Part shown: piece by piece, positions 47,746-58,110 of the stretch
Layout: every line of letters begins with the position of its first letter
Numbering within the stretch: position 1 is the first letter of the stretch
From: an uncultured Planctomycetales bacterium
GTDB taxonomy: Bacteria; Omnitrophota; Gorgyraeia; Gygaellales; Profunditerraquicolaceae
Direction: 5' to 3'
Assembly (NCBI GenBank): GCA_964487475.1
Contig: CAZAPM010000004.1
Coordinates: 37,755 to 101,754 of the forward strand
DNA: 64,000 nucleotides
Position numbers and translations under genes: made by a program
The notes under the pieces: model-generated
What the model was told of the DNA's origin: nothing
What the model saw: only the letters and a program-made list of their open reading frames with translations
The model's database searches: none

Positions 47746-49643
47746 CGGTCGAGTATCCTTTGCATGAAAGAAAGAACCTGCGAAGCATCATTAAGCGTCG
47801 TCAGTTCCCGGCGGCCCTGAAGACACGCGGCGAGCTCATCCCCGACGCGCTGCGGCGCACACCAGTCGATATGCGCCTTGGAGTGCAAACCGGAGAGGAA
47901 GCGGCGGTGCCGGGGATCGATCGCGTACGCCGGGACCACGACCGGACGGCCCGACGAGGCCGCTTCGGAGACCATGGAAATGCTTTCCGGGGTCACTACC
48001 ACCGCCGCGCTCAACCCCAATATCCCTTCCACGGCCCCGGGAATGTTGCGCTCATTTGCCACCACCAACAGCGCGCAGCGGGCCAGGCCGGCGCAAGATT
48101 CCTTGACCGCGCGCACGGCACTTTCGGATGTCCTCCGGGAGGTCGTGACCAGGATACCGGCATCCGCCTTATCCGCCGCCTCCCGCACCTGTTGCAGCAA
48201 ACCGGCGACCTCAACGCCGGAAAGCGTGAAATATTTCGTATCCCCTCCCAGCAGCACGCCGATATAACGGCGGGAGGCTGCATCCGTGATCCCCGCGGCA
48301 CGCGCCAGCGCATCGGCCTGTTCCCGCAACGCGGCCTCATCGATCAGGTTCAACGCGCCGGCGGTGACCAAGACCCTCTTTCCGGCGCGGCAACGGTCAT
48401 GCGCCGGCACCACCACCGCGTCGAATCCCCGCATCCCCGGCCAACCCGGCCGCATGATCACGAACTTCCTGGCGGCAAAAGAGGTCCCGATCGCACGGTT
48501 GATCCCGGAAAGCGCGCTGCCGCAGGAGATCACGGCATCGACGGCGGAAGAGGCCAGTTCACAGCGGGTCGCTTCGGGCACTCCGCACTCAAAACAACCA
48601 AACGCCCGGGCCCACGCCGATCTCCAGCGCACCTCGACCGTCCTCTCCCTCACCTGAAAGCCCCTCTCCTCCCAGATCCGGCGCACGATACGCGCCAGAG
48701 CCTGCGATTGACGGAGGTGGCCCGTCTTTCCGTCCGAAAGGATAAGCAGGTCCCGCTGATCGCTGTACTTCCACGCTTTATACCGCCAGAGATAATCCCC
48801 GGGGTGCTTCCGGATGAACCCTTCGAAGACCGAGGTCAGCGCCTGCACGTTCTCCGGCACATCCCTGTCCGCATTCCCGGTCGCGCGCAAGGGAAACGGC
48901 GGCAGCACCGTCGCCTTGATGTACGGCCCCCGCACCCGGTGGTAGAACATGGGCACGATCACCGCTCCGTAGCGCAGCGCCAAAGTGACCGCTCCCGTCC
49001 CCATGGACGCGCGCGTGCCGAAAAAGTCGACCAAAGTCCCGGCGCTTCCTCCCTGGTCCTGGCTCATGCCGATGGCCTCTCCCTGCTGCAAAGTACGCAC
49101 CAGGTCCCGCAGCTGTCCTTCCCGCTCGATCACCTGGAAGCCGCGCTTGCGGCGGTAGGCATTGAGCAATCCCGCCAGCTTGGGCATCCTCTGGTCCCGT
49201 ACGAAAGTCTTAAAACGCAATCCCGCGGCCGCACCCAGAAGGTTGGACAGCTCCCAGCTTCCCGAATGCACGCTCAAGAAGATCATGCCTTTGCCGGTGG
49301 CCTGCGCCTGACGGACATGTTCCAGGCCTTCGATGGTCACGAACCGCGAGAGGTAACTCTGGTCCATGCGCGGGATGAACAGCAGCTCGATGACTCCCTG
49401 CGCCAGGCTCTGGAAATTCTCCCGGACCAGTTTTTTCCTCCGGGAACAGGAAAGCTCCTTCCCCAGCGCGCGGGTCAGGTTCGCATACACCTGTGCGCGG
49501 TGTTTCGCGTCCAGCATCCACCACACATCCCCCATCCGGCGGCCCAGAAAAAATGCCGCCTCTACGGGAAGCGCGCGCAGAAAAGGCCCTAAGGCCTTAA
49601 GCGCGAAATACCCTGTCCAGTCGATCCAGAAATTCTTTCTCAT
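47742..49643 (-). CDS. Fusion of lipid A late acyltransferase (LpxL/HtrB family) with C-terminal ELM1/DUF1022-like domain
   Basis: 633 aa; N-terminal ~300 aa HtrB-like (FLSVHSGSWELSN, HX4(D/E) motif); C-terminal ~320 aa resembles Mito_fiss_Elm1-like (…IGVLLGGDTKYF…) — second assignment is tentative. Confidence 0.55.
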   Translation of the reverse strand: MRKNFWIDWTGYFALKALGPFLRALPVEAAFFLGRRMGDVWWMLDAKHRAQVYANLTRALGKELSCSRRKKLVRENFQSLAQGVIELLFIPRMDQSYLSRFVTIEGLEHVRQAQATGKGMIFLSVHSGSWELSNLLGAAAGLRFKTFVRDQRMPKLAGLLNAYRRKRGFQVIEREGQLRDLVRTLQQGEAIGMSQDQGGSAGTLVDFFGTRASMGTGAVTLALRYGAVIVPMFYHRVRGPYIKATVLPPFPLRATGNADRDVPENVQALTSVFEGFIRKHPGDYLWRYKAWKYSDQRDLLILSDGKTGHLRQSQALARIVRRIWEERGFQVRERTVEVRWRSAWARAFGCFECGVPEATRCELASSAVDAVISCGSALSGINRAIGTSFAARKFVIMRPGWPGMRGFDAVVVPAHDRCRAGKRVLVTAGALNLIDEAALREQADALARAAGITDAASRRYIGVLLGGDTKYFTLSGVEVAGLLQQVREAADKADAGILVTTSRRTSESAVRAVKESCAGLARCALLVVANERNIPGAVEGILGLSAAVVVTPESISMVSEAASSGRPVVVPAYAIDPRHRRFLSGLHSKAHIDWCAPQRVGDELAACLQGRRELTTLNDASQVLSFMQRILDR

Positions 49644-50643
49644 GGGTTTTACATTTCAGCGATACGCGCATCACCGCCACGGGCAATCCCGCGGGATTCT
49701 CCTCCGCGGTCCAGCGCACCGCATCCTTTTCCGTGGTCACCAGCGCCTGCGCCTTAAGCGCGCGGGCCCGGGCGAAAAGGTCCTGCGCATCATGGGGGGT
49801 GAACTGATGGTGGTCCTCGAACCTGACCGCGCCCGCCACCTGCGCGCCCGCGAGCGCAAGCATCCTCTCAAAAGAATCGGGGTCTCCGATCCCGCAAAAA
49901 GCCAGCACCCTTTTGCCCGCGACATCAAACGCGGCTCCCCCGGAAAGCACGCGGAACCCGGAAGCCGCATGCACCGACTCCACCTGCAGCGCCCCGGGAT
50001 TGAGGGAGGTAAGTTCCCGGGACAATGCCGACACCCGCGTTTCTCCGGCTAAGTCTGATTTGGTGATCACGATGACCGCGGCGCGGCACACCTGCGCCAG
50101 GGGCTCCCGCAGCACTCCCGCAGGAAGCAGCCGGCGGTCCCCGAACGGCCTTGACGCATCCACCGCCAGGATATCCAGGTCCTTGGCCACATGCCACTGC
50201 TGATACCCGTCATCCAGCACGACCGCCTCTGCGCGGTGACGGGACACGGCAAGGGCTGCGCCGCGTACCCGGTCGGCATCCACGATCACCGGAACGCCCA
50301 GGTCGCGGGAAAGCATCTGCGGTTCATCCGCCTGCATACCCGCGCCGGCGCGAGTCCTGCGGCCGTATCCTCTCGAGAGGATGCACACGCGGCGCCCCTG
50401 TTGAAGCAGATACCTGACCACATACTCCGTGATGGTGGTCTTCCCCGTGCCCCCCGTTGTAATGTTACCGACGCTGATCACGCGGCACGGCAACCGCACC
50501 GGCGCGCGCAGGCGGCGCCGGGAGACGATCCCGACCGCTCCCCCATACCCCCAGGAAAAAGGCCGCAAAGCCAGGCGCATCGCCGCCGCTGCCGCTCCCT
50601 GCTCCTGGCCGGAGATCACCCGGTAACACCATGAGGCGGACAT
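49597..50643 (-). CDS. lpxK: Tetraacyldisaccharide 4'-kinase
   Basis: VISVGNITTGGTGKTT Walker A, DDGYQQ, DHHQF motifs; start possibly internal (MRLALRPF). Confidence 0.8.
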   Translation of the reverse strand: MSASWCYRVISGQEQGAAAAAMRLALRPFSWGYGGAVGIVSRRRLRAPVRLPCRVISVGNITTGGTGKTTITEYVVRYLLQQGRRVCILSRGYGRRTRAGAGMQADEPQMLSRDLGVPVIVDADRVRGAALAVSRHRAEAVVLDDGYQQWHVAKDLDILAVDASRPFGDRRLLPAGVLREPLAQVCRAAVIVITKSDLAGETRVSALSRELTSLNPGALQVESVHAASGFRVLSGGAAFDVAGKRVLAFCGIGDPDSFERMLALAGAQVAGAVRFEDHHQFTPHDAQDLFARARALKAQALVTTEKDAVRWTAEENPAGLPVAVMRVSLKCKTHEKEFLDRLDRVFRA

Positions 50644-51995
50644 CAGCGCTCCCGCAGCAGTTCCGGGATACGGTTGCTTCCCCGGTACATCCCGAACTCA
50701 TATATCTGCCGGTACCCTTCATCACCCAGTATCTCCCGGGGACTGCGCGAAAGGTTGCGCTCGATCGCGGAAAGGATCGCTTCCGCTTCCTGCGGAGCGA
50801 TCGCCGTCAGACCATGCTGCAGCAGGAACCGCGCGGTCAGGTTCGACACCAGGAAACTGCCCACGGGATTGAAATGCCAGTCGCAGCGGTAAAAAAAGTA
50901 CGGGAACGGCATCCGGAACTTACCGTAATACGCTTCGAAATCCTTCCCCGCGGAATAAAAAGGCACCCCCAGTTTTTCCATGAGCCCCTGGAACCTTCCG
51001 GCCGGATAATCGAAATCCATCTCCGCAAGCTGCTTCTCATCCAGACCGAACTCTTTTTGCATGCTCGATTTCGCGGTCGGAAGATACGTGAACCTGTGCG
51101 GCAGGAGCACCACCGCCAGCGTTCCCCCGTCCTGCTGCACCTCTCTCTGCAGATCGCGTATCGCATACTCCATGATCGTCCACGCCTCCTCCCACTCCGG
51201 GGAGGAAGAAGGCTGATACACGGAATAATACACGCTCCCCTGCTCCCGCATCCTGGCCGAGCGCTTCACCGGATAGTATACTTTCTGGAACCACATCCGG
51301 TGCAACACGGTACAGCCCCGGCAGGCGCGCTTAAGCGTCCCCCTCCACCCGGCCATCGACTCGTCCCAATTATCCGGTTCGCACTCATCGGTCCGCACAG
51401 TCTCGAGGCCCCCGGTAGATACCCTTCCGCACGCCACGGAGTGCTGGCCGTACACCACTTTGGTAAGTTCGCAGGAATTCTCCATCAGGTCGTTTTCCAG
51501 CAATACGTACATCACTACGGTCTTTGGTCGCAGCGGCTTGATGAATTTCCGATAGATCATCAATTCCTGCACCTGGCCGACCGCGCCGTGTCCCGCGTTC
51601 ATCACCCTTACCGGAAGCAGCGAACTCAGCTGGGCGGAGAACGTGGCATTGTTGGGATGCTCCAGCCCCAGCACATTCGAATCCCCCAGCAGCCCCACAT
51701 CGTACCGAACTGAAGGATCCCACTCCGCATCGCGGAATCCCCGGGAATTGAACTGGATATCCCGGGTCACCAGGCATGGCCGCGCCCACTGGCAGCGGGA
51801 CTTTGGTTTATATATCACCAGGCCGATATCCGCGTCGCACCGCGCAAGGCAGGCCTTCTCCACATAGAAATAATAATCGAAAAGCCCGGGGAAAATCCGC
51901 ACCACCGCCTCAAAACAAAGGAGCACCATGCACGCGCAGGCGCACACATAGATCCCGAGACGCGCGGCCGCCATAAGACCTTTTTTTGCGCTCAT
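50643..51995 (-). CDS. Membrane-anchored hypothetical protein with SGNH/AlgX-AlgJ-like features
   Basis: 450 aa; N-terminal TM; GLLGDSNV (GDS-like) and CDWHFN (D-x-H-like) motifs; function unknown. Confidence 0.35.
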   Translation of the reverse strand: MSAKKGLMAAARLGIYVCACACMVLLCFEAVVRIFPGLFDYYFYVEKACLARCDADIGLVIYKPKSRCQWARPCLVTRDIQFNSRGFRDAEWDPSVRYDVGLLGDSNVLGLEHPNNATFSAQLSSLLPVRVMNAGHGAVGQVQELMIYRKFIKPLRPKTVVMYVLLENDLMENSCELTKVVYGQHSVACGRVSTGGLETVRTDECEPDNWDESMAGWRGTLKRACRGCTVLHRMWFQKVYYPVKRSARMREQGSVYYSVYQPSSSPEWEEAWTIMEYAIRDLQREVQQDGGTLAVVLLPHRFTYLPTAKSSMQKEFGLDEKQLAEMDFDYPAGRFQGLMEKLGVPFYSAGKDFEAYYGKFRMPFPYFFYRCDWHFNPVGSFLVSNLTARFLLQHGLTAIAPQEAEAILSAIERNLSRSPREILGDEGYRQIYEFGMYRGSNRIPELLRER

Positions 51996-53338
51996 ACGCG
52001 GGGAAGGTCCTTAAGCGCCCGGCGGATCTCCTGTAAAGGATAGGCGTAGTTCTTCAGGCTTCCCTCCATGTACTTGTCGTAAGAAGAGAGGTCCAGGAAA
52101 CCGTGGCCGCTGAAGTTGAACACGATACAGGCGCCTTTCTTCGCGCGGCGGGCGGTATCACACGCGGCTTTGATGGCGTGAGAGGTCTCCGGCGCGGGAA
52201 TGATCCCCTCGGTACGGGCAAAGAGCAGCGCGGCCTCGAACACTTCCAGCTGCGGGAACGCCACGGATTCGATCAGCCCCTGGGCGTGCAGCGCGGATAC
52301 CAGCGGGGAACATCCGTGATAACGCAATCCGCCGGCATGTATCCCCGGAGGCATGAAACGGTGGCCGAGCGTGCACATCTTGACCAGCGGGGTAAGGCAC
52401 GAAGTATCCCCGTAATCGTAACAATACTTCCCCTTGGTCAGACTCGGGCAGGCGGAAGGCTCGACCGCCACGATGCGCAGGGAGGGATCGCGCAGCTTAT
52501 CCTTGATGAACGGCAGCACCAGCCCGCCGAAATTGCTCCCTCCGCCTACGCAGGCGATAAGGTAATCGGGCCTCTCCCCGATCTTCTTCAGCTGTTTCTT
52601 CGCCTCCAGGCCGATCACCGTCTGATGCAGCAGCACATGGTTCAACACGCTGCCTAAGGCATACTTGGTATGTTTGTCCTTGGCCGCGTCCTCGACCGCT
52701 TCGGAGATCGCGATCCCGAGGCTGCCCTGGGAGTGCGGGTCCTGCGCCAGGATCTGCCTTCCGGAACGGGTCAGCTCGGAGGGGCTGGCCACCACTTCCG
52801 AACCCCAGATGTGCATCAGGGAACGACGGAAAGGTTTCTGATGATAACTGACCTTGACCATGTACACCCGGCACTTGAGGCCGAACACGTTACAGGCGAA
52901 GCTCAAGGCGCTTCCCCACTGGCCGGCGCCGGTCTCCGTCGCCAGGCGCTTGATCCCGGCCTGCTTATTGTAATACGCCTGGGCCACGGAAGTGTTGGTC
53001 TTATGGCTGCCGGTGGGAGAAACGCTCTCGTCCTTATAATAGATGCGCGCTTTCGTCTTGAGGGCTTTCTCGAGGTTGCGGGCGCGGCGCAAAGGTGTCG
53101 GCCTCCAGAGACGGTAGATATCGCGCACCGCTGCCGGCACTTCGATCCAACGCTGCCCGCTCATCTCCTGGGCGATCAGGGCATCGGGAAAGATGGGCTG
53201 CAGGTCCTGCTTCTGCAGCGGCTTATGGGTGCCCGGATGCATGGGGGGCGGAAGCGGGAAGGGTAGATCCGCGCACACGTTATACCAGGCCTGCGGGATC
53301 TCTTTTTCCGAAAGATATATCTTGTCGTCGTTCATCAT
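51992..53338 (-). CDS. TrpB2-type tryptophan synthase beta-like protein (PLP-dependent, stand-alone)
   Basis: 448 aa; [19 protein letters not shown]...; length and N-terminal extension typical of TrpB2 family; not adjacent to trpA. Confidence 0.75.
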   Translation of the reverse strand: MMNDDKIYLSEKEIPQAWYNVCADLPFPLPPPMHPGTHKPLQKQDLQPIFPDALIAQEMSGQRWIEVPAAVRDIYRLWRPTPLRRARNLEKALKTKARIYYKDESVSPTGSHKTNTSVAQAYYNKQAGIKRLATETGAGQWGSALSFACNVFGLKCRVYMVKVSYHQKPFRRSLMHIWGSEVVASPSELTRSGRQILAQDPHSQGSLGIAISEAVEDAAKDKHTKYALGSVLNHVLLHQTVIGLEAKKQLKKIGERPDYLIACVGGGSNFGGLVLPFIKDKLRDPSLRIVAVEPSACPSLTKGKYCYDYGDTSCLTPLVKMCTLGHRFMPPGIHAGGLRYHGCSPLVSALHAQGLIESVAFPQLEVFEAALLFARTEGIIPAPETSHAIKAACDTARRAKKGACIVFNFSGHGFLDLSSYDKYMEGSLKNYAYPLQEIRRALKDLPRV

Positions 53339-53350
53339 GGTCCCTCCAGA

Positions 53351-53953
53351 TTATTCGGTTCCCGCCCGCAGCTCGCGCAGCCGCACGCGCACTCCCCGGC
53401 GCACCTGCGGGCAGCATCCTGCGGGCAGAAGTTCCAGCACCATCCGGTACGCCCGCACCGCGGCGGGGATATCCCCTACGTTGAAATACGCATCCGCCAG
53501 ATTATCATATGTCACCGGCCGGACAGGGTCAAGGGAAAGCGCCTTGAAAAAACACCCCAACGCCTCCCGGTGCCGGCCGAGATTGTTCAAGAGCCACCCC
53601 TTGTTATGATAAATGGTGGCGAAATCGGGCTCCGCCTCGATGCCCCGGTCAAAATACTCCAGCGCCTGGTCCAGGGCGCCGAGCTCCGCCAGGCACAACG
53701 CCCGGTCGTTGAACGCCGCCCCGTCGAAAGGATTCTGCGCGATCGCGGAATCGAAGTATTCCATGGCCCCGGCGTAATGCTCCCGGATCAGTTCGATCTG
53801 GCCGCGGAAATACGCCTCCTCTGCCGGGAAGCCTTCCTTCCTGGCCCGATCCCTGCCCGAACGCGCCAGCTGCAATGCCCGGCGTTTCGTGCCGTAGGTG
53901 ATGGCATCGTCCAGTTCCAGGCGAAGCGCCGTATACTCTCCGTGGCGGCCCAT
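53351..53953 (-). CDS. TPR-repeat protein
   Basis: 200 aa; repeated A..Y...G...AL..F..A pattern. Confidence 0.6.
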   Translation of the reverse strand: MGRHGEYTALRLELDDAITYGTKRRALQLARSGRDRARKEGFPAEEAYFRGQIELIREHYAGAMEYFDSAIAQNPFDGAAFNDRALCLAELGALDQALEYFDRGIEAEPDFATIYHNKGWLLNNLGRHREALGCFFKALSLDPVRPVTYDNLADAYFNVGDIPAAVRAYRMVLELLPAGCCPQVRRGVRVRLRELRAGTE

Positions 53954-53954
53954 C

Positions 53955-55214
53955 TCACTTCACCCCGAAGGCATCGCGCAGGGCATTAAGGGTCAACACG
54001 GTCGCTCCCTGATTCTGCATCAGCACGTTCTTGGCCCGGGTGCCCAGCGCCAGCGCGGCCATCCTTTCTTCCAGCAGCTGCGTCACCTTGACCGCCAGCT
54101 CCTCCGCGGAATGCACCGTGACAAAAGCCTGGGCGCGGGAAAAGAGCTCCGCGATATCGCGGAAATTATGCATGTGGGGGCCGCAGAGTATCGGCTTGGA
54201 GAACACCGCGGGCTCGATGATGTTATGGCCGCCTTTCGGCACCAGGCTTCCCCCCACGAACACCACGTCCGCAGCCGCGTAAAACGTAAGCAGGCGGCCG
54301 ACCGTATCGAGAATATACACGGTATCCGCCCCTCCCTCCGCCGGCAGCCGGGAACATAGCACCGGTTGCGCCTGCACTCTGCGCACCAGGGCCGCCACCT
54401 CGGAGGACCTCTCCGGATGGCGGGGAGCCAGCACCAGGCATAAACCTTTGACCCGGCGCCGCGCCTGATCCCAGGCCTTAAGCACCATCTCCTCTTCCCC
54501 GGGATGCGTGCTTCCCGCCACCAGCAGCGGCTGCCCCTGCCCAAGCTTCAGGACGGAACGCACGGCGCTGCCGTCTATCCCCTGCGCGCTCACGGCGTCG
54601 AACTTCAGGTTGCCCGTGACCCTGATCTTTTCCGGGGAAACGCCGAGCTCCAGAAGCCTCTGCGCATCGCGCTGGGTCTGCATGCACAGCACGCGGTAAC
54701 GGTTCAGCACCGGAGCGATCAGGCGGCGGATCATCCGGTATCCGCGGAAGGAACGGTCGGAGATCCGGCCGTTGACCACCATGACCGGGACTCCGCGCTC
54801 CGCCAGGCACATCACCAGGTTCGGCCAGATCTCGGTCTCGGCGATCACGCAGGCGCGCGGCTTAACGGCCGAGACGAAACGGCGCATGACCCCGCGCAGA
54901 TCGAAAGGCAGAAACGTCACCAGGTCCCCCTGCTGCGCGAAGGAGCGCACGATGGCATTGCCGGTCGGCGTCACGGTAGTGAACACGAACCGGATACCCG
55001 GATAGACCTCGCGCAGCTGCTGCACCAGCCCCTTGACCGCCATGGCCTCACCCACGGAGACCGCATGCACCCACCAGGGGCTTTGCGGGATCTCCGCGGC
55101 GGGTACTTTCCCCCAGCGCGAAGCGAACCCCTGATGGAATTTGCCCTTGCACAGATACACCGGCAGATGCATCAGCGCAATGACCGCAAAGCAGAAATCG
55201 TAGAGTATCCACAT
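53955..55214 (-). CDS. waaA: 3-deoxy-D-manno-octulosonic acid (Kdo) transferase
   Basis: WVHAVSVGEAMAVKGLVQQL...; start taken at MWILYDF to avoid 32-nt overlap with xerC. Confidence 0.85.
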   Translation of the reverse strand: MWILYDFCFAVIALMHLPVYLCKGKFHQGFASRWGKVPAAEIPQSPWWVHAVSVGEAMAVKGLVQQLREVYPGIRFVFTTVTPTGNAIVRSFAQQGDLVTFLPFDLRGVMRRFVSAVKPRACVIAETEIWPNLVMCLAERGVPVMVVNGRISDRSFRGYRMIRRLIAPVLNRYRVLCMQTQRDAQRLLELGVSPEKIRVTGNLKFDAVSAQGIDGSAVRSVLKLGQGQPLLVAGSTHPGEEEMVLKAWDQARRRVKGLCLVLAPRHPERSSEVAALVRRVQAQPVLCSRLPAEGGADTVYILDTVGRLLTFYAAADVVFVGGSLVPKGGHNIIEPAVFSKPILCGPHMHNFRDIAELFSRAQAFVTVHSAEELAVKVTQLLEERMAALALGTRAKNVLMQNQGATVLTLNALRDAFGVK

Positions 55215-55227
55215 ATCTTTGGGGGGC

Positions 55228-56097
55228 TTACGCCCGGGGATGCGCGTGGTCATAGACATGCTTCAGTTTATCCGTGGTCAAATGGGTATATATCTGCGTG
55301 GTCGCCAGATTGGCGTGGCCGAGCAGCTCCTGGACGCTGCGCAAATCCGCGCCGCGGTTGAGCAGATGCGTGGCGAAGGAGTGCCGCAGCGTATGCGGGG
55401 ATACCCCGTGTTTCAGGGAAGCCAGCCGCAGGTAATGATCGACGATGCCGCGCACCCCCCGGTCGGTGATCCTTTTGCCGCGCAGGTTCAGGAACACCGG
55501 CCGCGCTTCGGTCTTGCGCGCCGACAGGTACGCGCGGATCGCCTGCAGCGCGGTCTCCCCGATCGGCACGATACGCTCCTTCTTGCCTTTACCGAACACT
55601 TTGACGATGCCCCCGATGAAATCGACATCCTCGAGGGAAAGGCCGACCAGCTCGGAGATGCGCATGCCTGTGGAGTAAAAAGTCTCGATGATGGCCTTAT
55701 CCCGCAGCGCCTTGGCGTCGTCCCGGTCCCGGGGCAGCACCCTGTCGATAAGGGAAGCGACCTCCTCCTCGGTCAGGAACTGGGGCAGGTGCTTGGCCAG
55801 CTTCGGGGTGGATACCGCGAGCGTAGGGTTAACCTTGAGCAGCCCTTCCCGGACCAGGAAACGGTAAAAAGAGCGCAGGGTGGAAAGTTTGCGGCCGATG
55901 GAACGCGCGCTTAGGTTCCTCTCCTTCAAATGCGCCAGGAACTTGCGCAGGGTCAGGTACTCGACCTTTTCCACCGGCATCTCCCCCAGGAACGACCCGA
56001 ACTCGTCAAGATCGATGGAGTAGTTCTTGATGGTGTGCCGCGAATAGTTCTTTTCGATATCCAGGTATCTGATGAAACGCTCTTTATGGCGTTCCAT
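55228..56097 (-). CDS. xerC: Tyrosine recombinase XerC/XerD
   Basis: 289 aa; N-terminal SAM-like domain, C-terminal catalytic RHSFATHLL...GH...Y. Confidence 0.85.
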   Translation of the reverse strand: MERHKERFIRYLDIEKNYSRHTIKNYSIDLDEFGSFLGEMPVEKVEYLTLRKFLAHLKERNLSARSIGRKLSTLRSFYRFLVREGLLKVNPTLAVSTPKLAKHLPQFLTEEEVASLIDRVLPRDRDDAKALRDKAIIETFYSTGMRISELVGLSLEDVDFIGGIVKVFGKGKKERIVPIGETALQAIRAYLSARKTEARPVFLNLRGKRITDRGVRGIVDHYLRLASLKHGVSPHTLRHSFATHLLNRGADLRSVQELLGHANLATTQIYTHLTTDKLKHVYDHAHPRA

Positions 56098-56100
56098 GCC

Positions 56101-58110
56101 TTACGCACCCGGGCCTGTCGGAGTGCCGGATGCCTCTCCTCCCGCAACGGGCTTCTGGTCCGGCAAATGCTTGGAAGTGAAGGTGCACTTCGGGTAATTC
56201 GAGCATCCGTAGAAGAACCCGCGCCGCGAACGGCGTTCGATCAGTTCCCCTCCGCATCCCTCGGTCGGGCACTTGACCCCGCTGGAGATGGACTTGGAGT
56301 GCTTACACTCGGGGTACGCGCCGCAGCTGAGGAACTTCCCCTTGCGGCCCCATTTGACCACCATCGGCTTGCCGCACTTCTCGCATACCTCATTGGTGGT
56401 GATGACCTCTTTCTTGATGTTGGCCTGCGCATAATCCAGGCTGGCCTTGAAGGGACTGTAGAACTCCGCGAGGACCTTCAGGCGTTTTTCCTTGCCCTCC
56501 TCGATCTCGTCGAGCTCATCCTCCATCAACGCGGTGAATTTCACGTCCATGATCTTGGGGAAATACTCGACCAGGAGATCGCACACCTTGAACCCCAGTT
56601 CCGTAGGATGGAAATAGCCGCTTTCCCGCCGCATGTAATCGCGCAGGATCAGGGTATAGATGATCGGGGCGTAGGTGGAAGGCCGTCCGATCCCCTCCTC
56701 TTCCAGGGCCTTGACCAGGGAACTGTCGGAGTAGCGGGCCGGAGGCTTGGTGAAATGCTGCGAAGGCTCCAGGGAACGCAGGCGCAGGGTCTCCCCCTGC
56801 TCCAGGGCCGGGATCTGCTTCTTCTCCTTTTCCTTCTCCTCGTCGTTATCGCGGTTGTAGACCGCCAGGAAACCGTCGAAAAGCAAGGTGCTTCCCGTGG
56901 CACCGAAAAGGCACTTACCCGCAGTGATGTCGGCCGTGGACACGGAAAAGCGCGCCGGGTTCATCTGGGAGGCGATGAAACGCCAGTAGATCAGCTCATA
57001 GAGTTTGAATTGCTCGGGAGTCAGGTACTGCTGCAGGTTCTGGGGAAGCTCGGAGATGAGCGTCGGCCGGATCGCTTCGTGCGCCTCCTGGGCCAGTTTC
57101 TTGACCTTGTAGACGTTAGGCTCATCCGGCAGATACTCCTTGCCGTAACGGGACTTGATGGTCTCCCGCACCTCCTTGAGCGCTTCGGGAGCGACGTGCG
57201 TGGAATCGGTACGCATGTAGGTGATAAGCCCGACGGGCGCTTCCTGCCCGATATCGATACCTTCGTAGAGCTGCTGCGCGATGATCATGGTCTTGGTGGC
57301 ATTGTAGCGCAGCTTATTGAATGATTCCTGCTGCAGGGTGCTGGTGATGAAAGGCGCATAGGCATAGCGCTTCTTTTCCTTCTGCTCCACCAGGGAAACG
57401 ACGAAGGGCTCCTGCTGCAGCTGGGCCACGATCGCGTCCGCATCCTCCTTGGTCTTGATCTCCGCCTTTTTTCCGTCGATCTTCTCGAGCTTCGCGGTCA
57501 GAGGGCTTTCCCCCTTGGAGAGCTGCGCCTCCACCTCCCAGTACTCCTGGGGGATGAACGCCTTGATCTGGCGTTCCCTGTCCACCACCAGTTTCAACGC
57601 CACCGACTGCACGCGCCCCGCGCTTAAACCCCGCACGATCTTCTTCCACAGCAGCGGGCTCAAGAAATACCCCACTACCCGGTCGAGAATGCGCCGTCCG
57701 GCCTGCGCCTCGATCATGTGCATATCGAAATCGCGGGCGTGGGCGAAAGCCTCCTTCACCGCATGCGAAGTGATCTCGTGAAAGACCACGCGCTTGATGG
57801 CTTTCTTCTTGAACAGGCGCTCCTTGATGTGCCAGCCGATAGCCTCTCCCTCGCGGTCAGGGTCGGTGGCGATATAGACCACGTCCTTATCCTTGGCTTC
57901 CTTCTTGAGGGCGGCGAGCACCTTGTTGCGGCCGGGGATCACCACATACTGCGGCTCGAATTCGTGCTCGATATCAACGCCCAGCTCCTTTTCCGGAAGA
58001 TCGATGAGATGTCCCATGGAAGAGACCACGGAAAAATCGCTGCCGAGTATCTTGCTGATGGTTTTGGCTTTGGTAGGGGATTCGACTATGACCAGGCTTT
58101 TCTCACTCAT
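56101..58110 (-). CDS. topA: DNA topoisomerase I (short form with C-terminal zinc ribbons)
   Basis: 669 aa; TOPRIM MSEKSLVIVESPTKAKTI, catalytic domain, C-terminal CxxC zinc ribbons. Confidence 0.9.
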   Translation of the reverse strand: MSEKSLVIVESPTKAKTISKILGSDFSVVSSMGHLIDLPEKELGVDIEHEFEPQYVVIPGRNKVLAALKKEAKDKDVVYIATDPDREGEAIGWHIKERLFKKKAIKRVVFHEITSHAVKEAFAHARDFDMHMIEAQAGRRILDRVVGYFLSPLLWKKIVRGLSAGRVQSVALKLVVDRERQIKAFIPQEYWEVEAQLSKGESPLTAKLEKIDGKKAEIKTKEDADAIVAQLQQEPFVVSLVEQKEKKRYAYAPFITSTLQQESFNKLRYNATKTMIIAQQLYEGIDIGQEAPVGLITYMRTDSTHVAPEALKEVRETIKSRYGKEYLPDEPNVYKVKKLAQEAHEAIRPTLISELPQNLQQYLTPEQFKLYELIYWRFIASQMNPARFSVSTADITAGKCLFGATGSTLLFDGFLAVYNRDNDEEKEKEKKQIPALEQGETLRLRSLEPSQHFTKPPARYSDSSLVKALEEEGIGRPSTYAPIIYTLILRDYMRRESGYFHPTELGFKVCDLLVEYFPKIMDVKFTALMEDELDEIEEGKEKRLKVLAEFYSPFKASLDYAQANIKKEVITTNEVCEKCGKPMVVKWGRKGKFLSCGAYPECKHSKSISSGVKCPTEGCGGELIERRSRRGFFYGCSNYPKCTFTSKHLPDQKPVAGGEASGTPTGPGA

